Shown: positions 41,469 to 54,649, numbered from the stretch's first letter. The stretch: 64,000 nt of DNA from Candidatus Moanibacter sp. (GCA_965215885.1 CBDCEW010000092.1:32001-96000); one strand, 5' to 3'. Notes: a model not told the origin generated them from the letters alone. Translations and numbers: made by a program.

Positions 41469-44400
41469 TCAATCCAACTCAACCTTGAGGCGCATAAATT
41501 TCTCGTTCTCGCCAAAATTGATTGGAACCGTCGCTTCAATAACTTCAAAAGCACCCAGATCCTCGACGACGACTTCGGTGATATCTGTGCTGAACCACTC
41601 GAGCAGATTTAGGGACCACTCGACCTCGCCCACGGCATCCGGAGCTACCTTGGATTTGCGGTAGCTTAGACTTAGATCGTTTCCATCGGCGAGGATGTCG
41701 ATTGCATCGTTGCCGTCATTTACAAGCGGGTCGAATCCCATAAAGTATTCGATGAGGTTTGCGAACCTGTCACCGTCCGGATTTGCACTGTCTCCCCATA
41801 CAGTATTCTGCTTTCCTGGATCCATGAGGTCGGCCTGATCAAACATATCGCTTCGCCAGGAATCGAGAGAACCATCGTTAAACACTACCGCCGAGGAAAA
41901 TTCAGATGTGTTTCCCAAAGAATCAGTGGCTGTCGCGGTGATATACTCCCCGTGAACCGCGGTTTCCGCAAGAGTAACATCGAAAGAAGCGTCACCCAAG
42001 CCGTCGGTCATAACCATCGCTGAGCCCAAATAATGCTCTCCCTCATCAGAGTTACTGGGGTCGCCCGGGCTGCCGGCATAGAAATCCAACGTAAACTGCT
42101 CATTGGGGAGGCTGTTAAAATCACCGACAATTCGCGTCGAGCCTAAGGTGGAGTATGTAATAACCGGGAAATTCTGCAGATTGTTCGGTCCAGTGTCGGC
42201 ATCGAGTTCATCGTTCAGGCTGACACCGTCATCTCCGAGATCGATCCCGAGAGAGCCATTCTCGAATATTGAATTTCCGCGAATGCTGTTTGAGGTAGTC
42301 GTGTCCGCTGAAGAAGATCCGACGACAACCCCACCAAGGTTGTTGAATGCGATGACATTGCCCTCTCCGCTCAGTGTTCCACCTACCGTGTTATTCGGTG
42401 CGTCTTGTATTGTCACACCTTCAGATGCATTTCCGAGGTCCGCAGTGCCGGTGTGGTCGGTACCGATGAGATTTCCTTTGAGGATGTTTCCGCCGCCACT
42501 CGTGCCAAAGATCCAGATGCCGAGCGAATCGTTGCCCGAGATGAGATTGCCCTCACCGGCTTGCGATCCCCCTATTATGGTACCGGGAGCACCTTGGATC
42601 GTAACGCCTTGAAATCCGTTTCCGACGTCAGCGGTGCCTGTGACATCGGTTCCGATGAAGTTCCCTTGCAATATGTTCCCGCTGGCTCCGGGACCCAGGA
42701 GAAAAACGCCGGACTGATCGCTGCCCGAGATTATGTTGCGCGCCCCGGCTTGCGATCCTCCCACTGTGTTATTGGGGGCATCTTGTATGATCACATTGGA
42801 AAGTCCGTTGCCCAGGGCGGCGCTACCGGTGACGTCGGTGCCGATGAAGTTGCCCTGCACGAAGTTGCCGCTCGCTCCGGCGCCCAGGATATGAATGCCG
42901 GCGAACTCGAAACGATTGATTACCAGTCCTTGAACGGTGCAGTCTGCTCCCCCAATAAGAAGACCACTTGCGCCACCTGCATTGGTTCCGTCCAACTCGA
43001 TTTTCAGCACAGCATTGCTACCGATCCCGGGCGGATTCGTGTTTGGGCTGGCCCCGGGTTGGGAATAGCCGTCGACCAACACTGGATCAGTAATTGTGGG
43101 CAAGAAAGTGCCTGGTTGGATTGTATGCGGGCCTGAGCCCGGGATGTTGAACGTGATTGTGTCTGTGCCTGTCGTGCTGTTGGCCGCATTAAGCGCCTCC
43201 CGCAAGCTGCAGTGAGTCGCATCACATACGCCATCATCAACGTCGTCGGATGAAGTCACGGTCCAACCGCCCACTTCGAATGCGCCGATATCAACCGTGA
43301 TGGTTCCATCTCTGTTTCCATCAATCAGCCGAGGGAATCCTTCGCCGCGCTGATCCGATTCCAACGGAAAATTATCAGCGTCGAGAGCCTGGGCGTTGCT
43401 GCCGGCATCGATAGCTGGACTTCCAACCAGCAAAGCATGGGTAAGGGTCAGGCCGCCGTTGTCCTGCAAGGAACCCAATATTGGGTCCGCCCCGATAATG
43501 TTGTCGTTGATGCCGTCAAGAAGACCACCTGCTGTGGCGGAATCACCAACAAGATTAAAGAAGCTCCCGCTCTCATCAACCTGTCCGTCGATATCGTTGA
43601 GGGTCCCTCCTGTACCACGAAAATTCCGTGCTACAATTGTATTATAAAGGCAGACGGTGTCTACATCTGTCGCAATACCGCCTCCATCTCCAGACCCTCC
43701 GTCATCCATATCCGATCTGTTGCCCGTAACGGTGCAATTCGTTAAGAAAAGCGATCCTCCTAAATTTCGTATTCCGCCTCCGTGGTCTAGAGACTCGTTA
43801 TCTGAAATAGTAGAATTGACCACTCGCACGGAACCGGGATCCAGGTTGTAAATCGCACCACCAAACCCAATCGCTGTATTAGCCAGGAAAGTCGAACCGA
43901 ATACTTCCACAGTTCCTCCTCCGTTAAAGAGCCCTCCTCCACGATTACCAGTGGTGTTTCCGCTAAAGGTGGAATCCGTAATGCTCAAGGTTCCGCTGTC
44001 GTTAAATATCCCGCCACCACTTCCCGAACCGACATTATTACTGGAAAAAACAGTATCGAAAACGTCTACAGCCCCAAGGAAGTTATATATCGCACCGCCG
44101 CTTGAATCTCCATCGTTGTCAGCTATAGTTGATTCGATTATTGTGAGCGTCCCGTTGTCATTAAAGACACCGCCACCGAACGCCGACGCGTTCCCTTCGA
44201 TGGTACAGTTGTCAATGGTGAGATTGCCAAAATTCAATATGGCGCCCGCCCTATTGTCAGGGAAAACCTCAAAAGCGGCACCGCCTAGACCCCATTCGAA
44301 AAGCCTTTCGAGCGGGCGGTTTAAGGTTCTCCGCCACGGGCGGACCGCCTATGGCTGGCAGGTTTCGGGTTTTAGGCTGCCGGCTAAAGGTATTGAGCGG

Positions 44401-47400
44401 CCATCGGCGTGGCTTGCTGCACAATACGTAATTTGCCGCCGCATACTCATCCCGTGGTGCTTTTTTCTCTGAGCTTCAAAGCGGTCAGATTCAGGCTGCC
44501 TGTTCCAGTTCCTCCCCTCGGCGTTTCTTCAATGCGGCAGAAGTTGTAGGCCAGAACCTTCTCGTTAAGTTCATCGCCTACCGCATCGATGCCGCGGCGT
44601 GCCAGTTCGCCAAAGGCAAATCCATCTTTAATCGTGAACATCAGCGACTCCACTGCGGAGTTCGATCGCGGCGTGTCCTCGCGAACGCCTCGCTCTCCCA
44701 GTCCTCGGGGGTGGTCAACTTCTTGCCCTTCGCCCCACTGATACTGATCTGAGTACCCCCATGCTCAGCACCTCCTTGCGTCCCTTCGCCGAAGCATATC
44801 CGTCATCTCCTGACCAGTTCAGCAATGACACCGGTGCGCTTGATCGTCGCCGATGGCCGGCGCCAGCCCAATTACCTGCCGCCTTGCATTACGATCAGGC
44901 TGGTGACAAAACCGTTTTCGCTCCGCGAAAGTTGTGGCTTGTACCCGAATCACTGGAGTGCGGCTGCCCTTCTTGATGTGCTCAACGGTAGCTTCTTTTC
45001 GTGAAACACCCGATCATGAGCATACTCAACAACCCGCTTGGCGTCGGCAATATCGCCCCTGATCTGGCTCAATGCCCGCTCCAGAAGCTCCCGGCGAGTG
45101 GGAGGCAGTGAATCCATCGACAGGCCCTCTTCAAGATGGCTCAGTTCCCCCGTTTAGTCGGCCGCCTTGCGGCCCCGCTTGAAACCGCCGGTAGTGTTTC
45201 TTCAGCTTGCCCTTCGACTTCGGTTTGCCCGCGGCCAGACAAATCTGAAAAGCTTGTCCATTTCTCCAGCAACGCCCAACCCATCCCTTGCAAGCCCGAA
45301 GACATGCAACTTTGACCCAAACGATTGGCCCGCACCGCTCGAATCTTCCCATCGGTGGGCCGCCGCTTTGAGGTGCTGTCGATCGTCAGCTCCCGAAATC
45401 GTCCCATTGCGAGGGTCCTGGAGATAAACCCAATCTGTTTATCAAAGATCAACTCGCGGGTCGTATGGCTGACCAGGTTCACGTTCTCCAGAATCGTCGT
45501 CACCGCCGGCATTCTCAGTCCCCCGCTCTGCAAAAATCCGTACAAGCTCATCGATCGCGCACAAACCGCCGTGCCGGTTTCGTGGTCAACGACACCCAGA
45601 AACCCTCGAATCATCACGAACACGTATACCGCATAAGCCGGCATCCGCGGCCGGCCTGCCCCAAGATTCAATTCAGCAGCCAGAATATTCTCCTCCTCGA
45701 TGTCCAGCTCCGGCAGCTCCGCTGTGCGCCCTTCAAAGAACCTGCGATCTTCCAATCGAAGTTTCTTCTTCTCACGCGCATGGGCGTCCAGATCCTTCTC
45801 GATCGGATGATTTGCGGCGCGAACCCGGCCAATTCTTCAACTTCATCCAGAAAATCACGGAAATCCGTGTCTGGAACCGGCATAATGAGGTTCTAAGGGG
45901 CGCGCTTTTGTTCTCCTCTGTCGCACTGTTGGCATGTTTAACTCCTTTCTTAATCTTAGGTTGTTAAACACTAGCATGTTGCGACACTTTTTATCAAGCC
46001 AAAAAATGATTTTTCTCAAGTTTTTCTTGCGCCTTCGCCTCTTTGCGGCCAATCAGTAGCTTTTCGGATAAGGTCCGCCTAGGAGGGATAAGTTTGATAA
46101 TTCTACGTTTACGCCTGTTCCGATCTGAAAAATCCGAGACTGGTTGCCGCCATCAACCGTCAATAGATTCGTTCCGAGTCCCGTAATGGTTAAATCACTT
46201 AGTATCTCGGGAAGCTGTGTTCCGTTCAGCGTAATCGTTCCACCGGCAAGACCGGAGTCAAAAGTAATGGTGCTGTCAGGTAGATTGGCGTTAGCGATCT
46301 TGATGGCCTCCCGCAGGCTGCAATGGGTCGCGTCACATACACCGTCGTCAATGTCGTCGTTGGTGTTTACGGTGAAAGTGGTGGGGAGGGCCCCTGGCGT
46401 GAAGTCGATCAGTAGCTGTGGAGCAGTGCCAGTCTCTTTACTCCCAAACCGTCTCGCATTTCGACTGCCGGCCTGTTCGTTGCCGATCAATATCCATCCG
46501 AAGTTCATTGAAGGCGAGTCCAGCCAATCCTGAACATCCATTGCCATCTGTGTGGAACTCCACTCCGGCGAGTTGCTGATAATTGTGTGAGTAGCCGATA
46601 CACTTCCGGATCGATCACCTCCCGGAGTCGTCCAGTTTTCTCCATTACCGGTTTGTGTCCAAGTGACATCGCTCGGCCCCGCGGCGTCGCCCTGTCCGCC
46701 GCCACTGCCCACATTACCTGCCGGGCCTTCATTCCAGTCGCGGGTCAATTTCTCGAGGCTCGTCGAAGCTGTCCCACCGGCACTTTTAGAAACATCAAGA
46801 GTCAGCGTGACACTGTCAATTGTCGCGCCTGCGGGAACGCCGGAGTTTTGCCCATCGCCATTTACAATATCAAAGAATAGCAACGCCCTGCGAAAATCGC
46901 CTGGAAGGATGCGCCCAACAAAGAGATTTCCGCTACCGTTGGCCTCGCTGCCGTTCTCTGAAAAAATCGTCGCGTCTCTAGTCGGATTCAGCGTGACTGT
47001 GGATGAGAGAAGCGGAACACTCTGGACTGCCGCCAGTGCATCAATGAGGCCATATCCAAAGGTGCTATCAAACCCGTTTGCTCCCCGATCGTCGGAAAAC
47101 GCCGCCAGATGTGCCATAATTTCCGCTGGTGAAAGTGATGGATTCTTCTCCAGCATGAGGGCGCAGATTGCGGCGACATGCGGCGCTGCAGCGGAAGTGC
47201 CGAAGAATGTATTGGGAAATCCACCTGCCCCTGTCACGCTCACTCCATCAACAGCAGTGATGAAAGGTGTCTGTCGAATCTCAAAACTGGGAAAATCGAT
47301 TGTCGAGGGTCCCCTTGAGCTGAATGTCTCTATTGTATCTAGTCCCGCGTCGAAGGAATCGATCGCGGCGACCGATATGGCTTCTTCCACGGCCTTATGT

Positions 47401-48836
47401 CCAAAGATACTGTCGCCCGTGGTGGCATCGTCATCGACTGCTATAACGCCTCCTCCGAATGCAAAGAGTTCAAGTGTCTTTGCAATTCCGGCAAATTTAA
47501 GAATGGAGACAAAGACTTGAGTATCGACACCCGTATCGTTGATCCAGGATACCATCTCCAGTGGGTCATCACTGCCATCCTGCGGAGCTTCACTTGAGTC
47601 CAAGATGAGATTTCCATCATCAAGTAACATATCGTAATTGTTACTCGAGCCTCCAAACGGATCGTTCCATTGCAGATACACCCTTATCTCCTCCCCTGCA
47701 GGAACGAAAAAGTTCAGCGCAGTATCCACTCCCGATCCCTCCTTGAAATCGTGGAGCGGTCGATCGGAGCCCTCTACAGGAATCGAGCTTCCACTATCGA
47801 CGAATTCACCCTGATAGTGCGACCCAGCATAATTTCCAACGGACGAAACGTAGAGCGTATCGTTGACATTCACTACCTCTCGTACTTTAAGGGCGACGTC
47901 GCCATCTTCGAAGTAGGGCTTAGTAAAGAAGCCCAGATCATCACAGATAATATCGCAATCAGCCGTGTTGCTCATCCAGTCGATGACTGCAATCATCTCC
48001 AGCGAGGTATTCGGGCCTCCAAAGAAGAGTTCCGCTCCCGGCGCCAGATCGTGAACGATCTCGAGCATCGCTGTGCCTTCATCGTCGCTTCCCGAAAATG
48101 TGGGGTGGATTGTTATCGAGGATGGCAAATCGCCTGAAGCGATAGCGGAAGCCCGGTTATCAACGCCGTCAGAAATCACCCCAACCTTGATTCCCGAACC
48201 ATTATAGGGGCCAGGGAGTGGAAGCGCCCTTACTTGATCGGCGTTCAATAAGCTATCTCCCTCGCTTGTCACACTCCCGGTGTTGGGATAGGCATAAGCC
48301 GGAAGCTTAATGCGTTCAACAAAATCGAGGCCGGCGACCGTTTCGATTGATTCGTAAGACATCCAGGCCTGCAAAGTGTGGAATTGCTCGACGACGAGTT
48401 CGATGGCGACTCCTGCATACTCGAGGATTGCAAGGTTCGCGTCGTTAATGGGATTCAGAATTACGTATACCTGAATCTCTCCGCGGTTGCTTACTTGTGA
48501 GATTCGAGAAATTGATAGTTTCGCAAGATCAAGCGCCTCGATGTCGACGGGATCACTCTTGGGAAGAGCCTCTGAGGCTCGGCGCACTTTCTCCACAATC
48601 CGTCGGAGCACCTGGATTACCGCGGCATCAACTTTTGTCTGAGCTGGTGGCGACAGTAGTGTCTCGCTGACCTGTTTTATCTCATTAATTGTCTTTGATA
48701 GCACGGCTCGATTGGGATCGGTTGTAATTTCGCTTTCGGCCTTCGTGGTTCCAATGCCATAGGGGACCGTAGAGATCACGCCGATGATTGGTATCCACTT
48801 TACCAGGAAGAGAGGCAAAATTGGCCGCCGGTGCAT
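41469..48836 (-). pseudogene. ~1857-aa secreted subtilase-fold (S8/S53-like) protease with DNRLRE, CSLREA and beta-helix modules, interrupted by an IS
   Basis: GVISDG, DEGTAMLEIVHDLAPGA, GTSAAAPH; removing the IS and one TSD gives in-frame NLSLLGG|AAFEVFPDNRAGAILNFG (5574 nt). Confidence 0.88.
44289..46074 (-). mobile_element. IS element (IS5/IS1182/ISNCY-like DDE) with a heavily frameshifted transposase
   Basis: TIR ACCCCATTCGAAAAGC / ACCTTATCCGAAAAGC; direct repeat CCGCCTAG at 44281-44288 and 46075-46082; fragments GRPRMP, LTIDST, SAVESLMFTIK..KVLAYNF. Confidence 0.85.
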
Positions 48837-49059
48837 ATATAGACTGTAGGCTTTAAACTGTTAGTGGCAAGCACAGTAGAATTCAGCTGCTCATCTTCCA
48901 ACTTGCCTCACATTGTATGGCCCGCTTTTCTTGGCTTGGTTTGCTGGACGGCAGAGTGTCGAAGAAATTTGTTCTCGTGACGCTTTGCTCGAAAGTCCGC
49001 TGGAAAAGCGGGCGTGACATTCAGGCTAATTTCTCTCTTCAAATGCCGATAATAAGCGT

Positions 49060-49890
49060 ATGGACATCGATGCTATCCTTTTACAGGCAGATAAACTCTC
49101 GCCGACGCCCCAAATACTGCCTAAACTCCAAGCAGTTCTGCGGGAACTGAACGCCGACATCGGGGAGATCTCCGCGTTGGTAAAGTTTGACGCCGCTCTG
49201 ACCGCTCAGATCGTGCGGCTGGGTAACAGCGCATTTTTTGGGATGAGCAAGCCCAGTAAGAGTGTCGACGAAGCGATTAGCCGTTTGGGTATGCGCGAGA
49301 TTTACAATCTGGTGGGCCTTATCGTTGCCAGACAGATCTTTGGGGAGGAGCTACGCTATTATGGGCTGAAGAGCACCCAACTCTGGGAGAATTCCGTTCT
49401 CTCTGCCGCGCTCATGGAGACGTTTGCAGAAAGAACCGGTCACAATGTTGAAGTCGCCTACACGGCTGGACTCGTTCGGGATATTGGGAAGGTGCTGATT
49501 AATCGTGTCTTACAGGAAAAAGAGGTCGAGTATGACGGCTCTCCGGTCGTAGGATTGGAAGAGGAGAGAAGATTATTAGGATTCGATTTCGCCGAAATTG
49601 GAGCCGCTCTTCTGAAAAAATGGAATTTCCAAGAGGAGATCTTTGCTGCCGTCCGATTTCAGGTCAGTCCTCTCGAATCTCCAGAAACCAATCCCTTTGC
49701 CTGTCTACTATACCTCACCAACCTGGCAATGACGAATGACATTTGTGCATCGGGTGAGGCGGTAGAAGATTCTGAAGTGAACGCATCCCTTCTGAAAGCC
49801 GTTGGATTAAATGAGGATCTGATCGCTGAATGTTTCGATCAGGCGCGCGGCAAGTTTGCCAGGATTTCCAGTTTTATTAAAGCAGCCTAA
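49060..49890 (+). CDS. HDOD-domain signalling protein
   Basis: DAALTAQIVRLGNSAFFG, EAISRLG, AYTAGLVRDIGK, LLKKWNF; the His of the usual LLHD is replaced by Arg. Confidence 0.88.
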   Translation: MDIDAILLQADKLSPTPQILPKLQAVLRELNADIGEISALVKFDAALTAQIVRLGNSAFFGMSKPSKSVDEAISRLGMREIYNLVGLIVARQIFGEELRYYGLKSTQLWENSVLSAALMETFAERTGHNVEVAYTAGLVRDIGKVLINRVLQEKEVEYDGSPVVGLEEERRLLGFDFAEIGAALLKKWNFQEEIFAAVRFQVSPLESPETNPFACLLYLTNLAMTNDICASGEAVEDSEVNASLLKAVGLNEDLIAECFDQARGKFARISSFIKAA

Positions 49891-50093
49891 TTCTCGCTCT
49901 TGGCTTCCTTCTTACCCGATTCCCAGCACAACCCGCATGCCAGGGTTCCCGGTATGAGGATGCCAAGTATACTCACCCAAAACGGTATTTCAAAACCAGC
50001 CACCGACATTTCCCAATCCAAGATGAGCCGGGAGAAATGCGCGATAGCGACGAGAGTGAACACTAATATGGCGATGCGTGTAAAGATTCCCAT
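49887..50093 (-). CDS. Small 2-TM membrane protein
   Basis: FTLVAIAHFSRL..IPFWVS pattern. Confidence 0.6.
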   Translation of the reverse strand: MGIFTRIAILVFTLVAIAHFSRLILDWEMSVAGFEIPFWVSILGILIPGTLACGLCWESGKKEAKSEN

Positions 50094-50598
50094 GTTTTCG
50101 CGGCTTAGTAATGTCTGAGATCGAACTTAGACTCTTGTGCCCATCTTAGCAAGAGTTGATATTAATAAATAGAGCCTGTTCGGTACGTGTTTAGCGTGAT
50201 GGCAAATGCCTTTGTTCGATGATCAAAGTAAGGGGTCAAGCCTTAGAAGTGTCTGTTTTTCGGGGTCAGCCGCCTTAACAAATTGCCCGGAGCCTGCGTA
50301 TGGCGGTTTGTAAGGCCTGACCCCCTCAGCGAAGCGGAAAAACAGGCGCTTCTTAAGGGCATGACCCCGAACGGCGAATGATTCTGCAAGAACTTTAAGA
50401 CCATAAGCCATCACGCCAAACACGTACCTTTTTCGAACAGGCTCCAAATAGCAATGATTCCTTCGTTTTTGGCCTCCGTGTCCGGAGCGCGCTCTTTCGA
50501 GAAAGTGGCAGACAATTACAACAACGATCAAGATCGCTACTTTTCCTTGTCTCTCCCCGTGTTTCTCTCCATGGTTCTGCGCAATTCTGGAATTTGCT

Positions 50599-52293
50599 AT
50601 GGTCGAATGGAGGAAAGGGTCAACGGCGCGATTTAGCCGCGCAACTCGCAATTCTGATGGACAGCACCCCGAATTGGTCCGAAACCAGGGGGATCTTGAA
50701 AAAAGGGAAAGACGGCTTCGCTCGATTTTAGAGGCGCAACCGGAACTGGTGCTGATAATTGATGAGAACGGAAAGTACGTAGACATATTTGGCAAGGAAG
50801 GCGTGCTTCTGATCGATCGACCGGAGAATCTGCTCGGCAGGAATTTTGAAGAGTGTCTACCGGCTTCGTTTTGCGAGAAGGCGCTAGAAGCAAATCGCCG
50901 GGCTCTCGAGAGCGGCGAAACTCAAATACTGGAATTCGAACTGGATGTGATGGCGGGAGAACGTTCCTTCGAGGCCCACGTATCGCCGATGTCTTCCGAG
51001 CCAGGAGAGCCCAAGCTGGCGGTTTGGGTGGTGCACAATATCACAGAGAGTAAAATGGCTGAGTTTGCCCTGAGTGAAAAGGCCAGGAATCTGAGCGAAG
51101 CCAAAGATCAAGCGCTTGAGAGCGATCGGCTGAAATCTGAATTCCTCGCGATGTTAAGTCATGAAATTCGTACGCCCTTGAACGGTATAATGGGATTTGC
51201 CAATCTTCTTCTCAAAACAGACCTGGACGAGAGCCAGAAAGAGAGTGCACGGGGAATTGTATCCGGCTCCGAGAATCTCTTGAACTTGATAAATAAGATC
51301 CTTGATCACTCAAAAATCGAGGCCGCGAGGGTCGAATTGGACCGCGGCTTTTTTAATTTGTGCGATTGCATACAGGAAGTAATTGAGTCGTTTAAGCCGA
51401 GATTGGCGGAAGGGAAATTGCGGATCGATTACTTCATAAATCACGATGTTCCCGATACTATCTTTGGCGACGCTGCTCGGCTTCGCCAGGTGTTGTTCAA
51501 CGTAGTCGGCAATGCCATCAAGTTTACTGAAGAGGGACGAGTTCACCTTGAGGTCTCTCAAGAAATCGGGGAATACAGCGAGAATGCTTTAGATGGCTCG
51601 AATAGAATTCTCCACTTTACTGTCTCTGATACAGGAAAAGGGATTTCGAAAGACGAGTTTGACAAGATATTTGAGCCTTTTGCCCAAGCCGACGCCTCAT
51701 CGGTGAGGAATTATGGGGGAACCGGTCTGGGGCTGAGCATTGCCAAAAAAATAGTGGAAATGATGGGTGGGAAAATCTGGGTCGAAAGTCTCGAGAATGT
51801 CGGCTCGATCTTTCATTTCACGATTGATTTAACTGCGGATGAAGCGTCGTCGAATCTTCCGTTACCTGGTGTGGGTGTCTCGCCTGAAAAGCCAGAGAAG
51901 TTGATTGAAATAGGCGATCCGCTCAATGCCCTTGTTGCCGAAGACGATGCGGTGAGTCGTCGGTTGGCGGAAGCCCTGCTTTCCAAAATGGGACACCTTG
52001 TATCCGTGGCAAGTAATGGTCGCGAGGCATTGAATATCCTCGAGAAAGATACCTACGACATCCTCTTTATGGATATTCAAATGCCTGAGATGGATGGTAT
52101 CGAATCGGCCAAATGCGTTCGTAATGGTAGGGCAGGGGAGAGAAATAGGAACATCCCAATTGTCGCTGTTACGGCAAATGCAACCCGAAACGATCGAGAG
52201 TCATGCCTGGAGGTGGGAATGAACGGCTATATCTCCAAGCCGTTAAGACCGGGGGATATCGAAACCACTCTGATGGATGTCCTGGGGAGCTAA
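50599..52293 (+). CDS. PAS-domain hybrid histidine kinase/response regulator
   Basis: [31 protein letters not shown], receiver [16 protein letters not shown]. Confidence 0.93.
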   Translation: MVEWRKGSTARFSRATRNSDGQHPELVRNQGDLEKRERRLRSILEAQPELVLIIDENGKYVDIFGKEGVLLIDRPENLLGRNFEECLPASFCEKALEANRRALESGETQILEFELDVMAGERSFEAHVSPMSSEPGEPKLAVWVVHNITESKMAEFALSEKARNLSEAKDQALESDRLKSEFLAMLSHEIRTPLNGIMGFANLLLKTDLDESQKESARGIVSGSENLLNLINKILDHSKIEAARVELDRGFFNLCDCIQEVIESFKPRLAEGKLRIDYFINHDVPDTIFGDAARLRQVLFNVVGNAIKFTEEGRVHLEVSQEIGEYSENALDGSNRILHFTVSDTGKGISKDEFDKIFEPFAQADASSVRNYGGTGLGLSIAKKIVEMMGGKIWVESLENVGSIFHFTIDLTADEASSNLPLPGVGVSPEKPEKLIEIGDPLNALVAEDDAVSRRLAEALLSKMGHLVSVASNGREALNILEKDTYDILFMDIQMPEMDGIESAKCVRNGRAGERNRNIPIVAVTANATRNDRESCLEVGMNGYISKPLRPGDIETTLMDVLGS

Positions 52294-52338
52294 GTACTCG
52301 AACTCATAAATACGGCCATCCCACATACGTGGCCATAT

Positions 52339-52584
52339 TTATGAGTTCGAGTACTTAGCCTTCGTGATTTTTCCCGCTTTGATAGCTTTAACGGAAACCC
52401 ACATGCGCTTGATCTGTCCATTAGGCAGTCGTACCCGGATTCGCTGAACGTTGGGCCTGAAAGTGCGCTTTACGTTTTTTACCAGGCTGGTGCCGATTCC
52501 ACCACACTTTTTCTTTATGCCCTTGCGGTGAATGCGACCCCCACGATGCGGTCGTTTCCCAGTAATTGTGCAAATTCTAGCCAT
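52339..52584 (-). CDS. rpmB: 50S ribosomal protein L28
   Basis: MARICTITGK..KRTFRPNVQ. Confidence 0.93.
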   Translation of the reverse strand: MARICTITGKRPHRGGRIHRKGIKKKCGGIGTSLVKNVKRTFRPNVQRIRVRLPNGQIKRMWVSVKAIKAGKITKAKYSNS

Positions 52585-52669
52585 GGCCTGAGCAGATCTA
52601 AAAGGCGCAGGAATTTAGCGGTTATGAAGGGTAGAGCAAGCCTATTCTTCGATTGACTTTCACTCCACC

Positions 52670-52705
52670 CGCCCCTGCCCCTCCCGCTGAGGGGGCAGGG
52701 GTGGG
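52670..52705. terminator. GC-rich hairpin between the TlpA-like gene and rpmB
   Basis: cccctgcccctc-ccgct-gagggggcagggg. Confidence 0.45.
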
Positions 52706-52727
52706 ATCTTTACAAGCAAGTTTCCCG

Positions 52728-53225
52728 TCATATCTCACTAACGCGATTCACGGCCTCGTCCAGCAACTGCTCCGTGAGCTCCATAGGGTGGCCTCTCCAT
52801 AGAATCTCTCTTTCGGCAGAGAGGAGCACGAGATGTGGAATAGCGGGAATCCCGAAACTGGCGAAATATTTCTGATTGCGATCAAGCGCGACTGTGTAGT
52901 CCATTGGGATTCTCTGAATAAACCGATCGACGATTGTACGATCTTCCGAAGTAATTCCGGCGATTTGTAACCCCTTGCTTTTGTATTGAGCGTAGATGCT
53001 ATTGAGATGCGGAATCGAGTCCAGGCAAGGCGTGCACCACGTCGCCCAGAAATCTAAGAGAACGGGCTGAGTCCGCTCAATCTCAGGTCCCCGAATATAT
53101 TCCAAGTCGAGAGGAAAGAGCCCATTGCTCTGCCGCGTTGCGGATGTTTGGGGCTCACCTTGGAAAACCCAAAGGAGAAAAAAACCTCCGAGGCCAACAA
53201 ATAAAAAATAGGCGGCTTTGTTCAT
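52728..53225 (-). CDS. TlpA-family thiol-disulfide oxidoreductase
   Basis: LLDFWATWCTPC, GIPAIP. Confidence 0.9.
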   Translation of the reverse strand: MNKAAYFLFVGLGGFFLLWVFQGEPQTSATRQSNGLFPLDLEYIRGPEIERTQPVLLDFWATWCTPCLDSIPHLNSIYAQYKSKGLQIAGITSEDRTIVDRFIQRIPMDYTVALDRNQKYFASFGIPAIPHLVLLSAEREILWRGHPMELTEQLLDEAVNRVSEI

Positions 53226-53593
53226 GACCAAACTTGCTTACAGCAACGCCATCCTGGTTGGGGCAACACGCCTTTACTCTCTGGAACCGGATGCGCCTTG
53301 GCAAGGATTTTTACCTCCCCCAGCATCCAAAATCGCCTCGGCATACATGACCGTATTTGCGTGATCGAGTACTTAGCATTATGAACACCCCTGAACTACG
53401 GAATTCTAGGTGAGAAAAGTAGATCTCGACGGAGATAAGACCGACAGATTCGTAGCCAAGATAGATGTTGGCGTATTTTCGAATTGCAGTACTTCGTCAC
53501 CGGCTGAAAGCTGCGTTGGGAGAGCGAGTCGAAAATGCCTGTGCACGCCGTGACAGATAACGAAGTATATCGAAGATTCCATTTTTCCATTGA

Positions 53594-54649
53594 ATGGAAT
53601 CTCCTCCAGTGATACTCGGAATTGAGAGTTCTTGTGATGAGTCCGCCCTGGCGCTATTTGATCCCGAGTCGGGTAGCTTCCATGAATGGTTGCACAGTCA
53701 GATCGAGCTACATCGTGAGTTTGGAGGGGTGGTGCCCGATTTGGCGAGCAGGGAGCACCTCTCAAATTTCCCTCCTCTTATCCGGCTGTTGCATGGCAGG
53801 TTGGAGGGGCAGTCTATCGCACAAGTGGCGGTCACTTGTGGTCCCGGACTGGCCGGCTGTCTCGCGATAGGGGTTTCCCTGGCGAAGAGTCTTGCCTTGA
53901 GTTTCGAGGCTACCCTTACGGGTGTGAACCATCTGCGGGCGCACGCATTTTCAACCTTTATTCGGTTCTACCGGGAGGAACCGGCGACCTTTCACGATAG
54001 GCTTCGGGAGCATTTACCGCATCTCGGGCTTATTGTATCCGGCGGTAACACCCTCTTATTCCAGATTGATCCTGAGGGGTCGATAGCGATCGTTGCTCAT
54101 ACGGTGGATGATGCCGCGGGCGAAGCATTGGATAAGGGAGCGAAATTACTCGGTCTCGGCTATCCCGGGGGGCCGCGAGTGGAAGAGCTGGCGCGGAAAG
54201 GAGATACCGCTGCTTTTCCCTTTCCCCGTGCCTTTCTAGATTCTGACGAACCGAAATTCAGTTTCTCGGGCCTGAAAACGAGCCTTCGATATCGACTTGA
54301 GGGAATGGACGATGATGATTTGCAGAGTTCCCTTTTCGATCTATGTGCCAGCTATCAGGAGGCGGTTATAGATGCGCTGATTGGAAAGATCAGGCAATTC
54401 CTCGATCGCGAAAGGTATTCGAGTTTGGGTCTCTCCGGCGGGGTCGCGAATAATTTGAGATTGCGTGAAGGTATTCGGGAATTGGCTTCAGGTACCGGAC
54501 TGCCTCTCTTCTGTGCGGAGCTCGGTCACACAGTCGATAATGCCTCGATGGTCGCGTTCGCCGCGGTTGTCGATCACCATGGAACGCTTAGTGAGGCAGA
54601 CTCTTCTCTTTCCATTTATCCTTCCCTTACCCTTGAGAATGCGGTCTAG
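53594..54649 (+). CDS. tsaD: tRNA N6-adenosine threonylcarbamoyltransferase
   Basis: LGIESSCDE, GGVVPDLASREH, NHLRAH, VSGG, DDAAGEALDK, FSFSGLKT, GGVANN, DNASM. Confidence 0.95.
   Translation: MESPPVILGIESSCDESALALFDPESGSFHEWLHSQIELHREFGGVVPDLASREHLSNFPPLIRLLHGRLEGQSIAQVAVTCGPGLAGCLAIGVSLAKSLALSFEATLTGVNHLRAHAFSTFIRFYREEPATFHDRLREHLPHLGLIVSGGNTLLFQIDPEGSIAIVAHTVDDAAGEALDKGAKLLGLGYPGGPRVEELARKGDTAAFPFPRAFLDSDEPKFSFSGLKTSLRYRLEGMDDDDLQSSLFDLCASYQEAVIDALIGKIRQFLDRERYSSLGLSGGVANNLRLREGIRELASGTGLPLFCAELGHTVDNASMVAFAAVVDHHGTLSEADSSLSIYPSLTLENAV

Noticed and set aside
38001..42360. DGR template/variable repeat pair in the two similar C-termini
   Set aside because: By eye the differences involve all bases and many are synonymous; both copies are coding ends of paralogues
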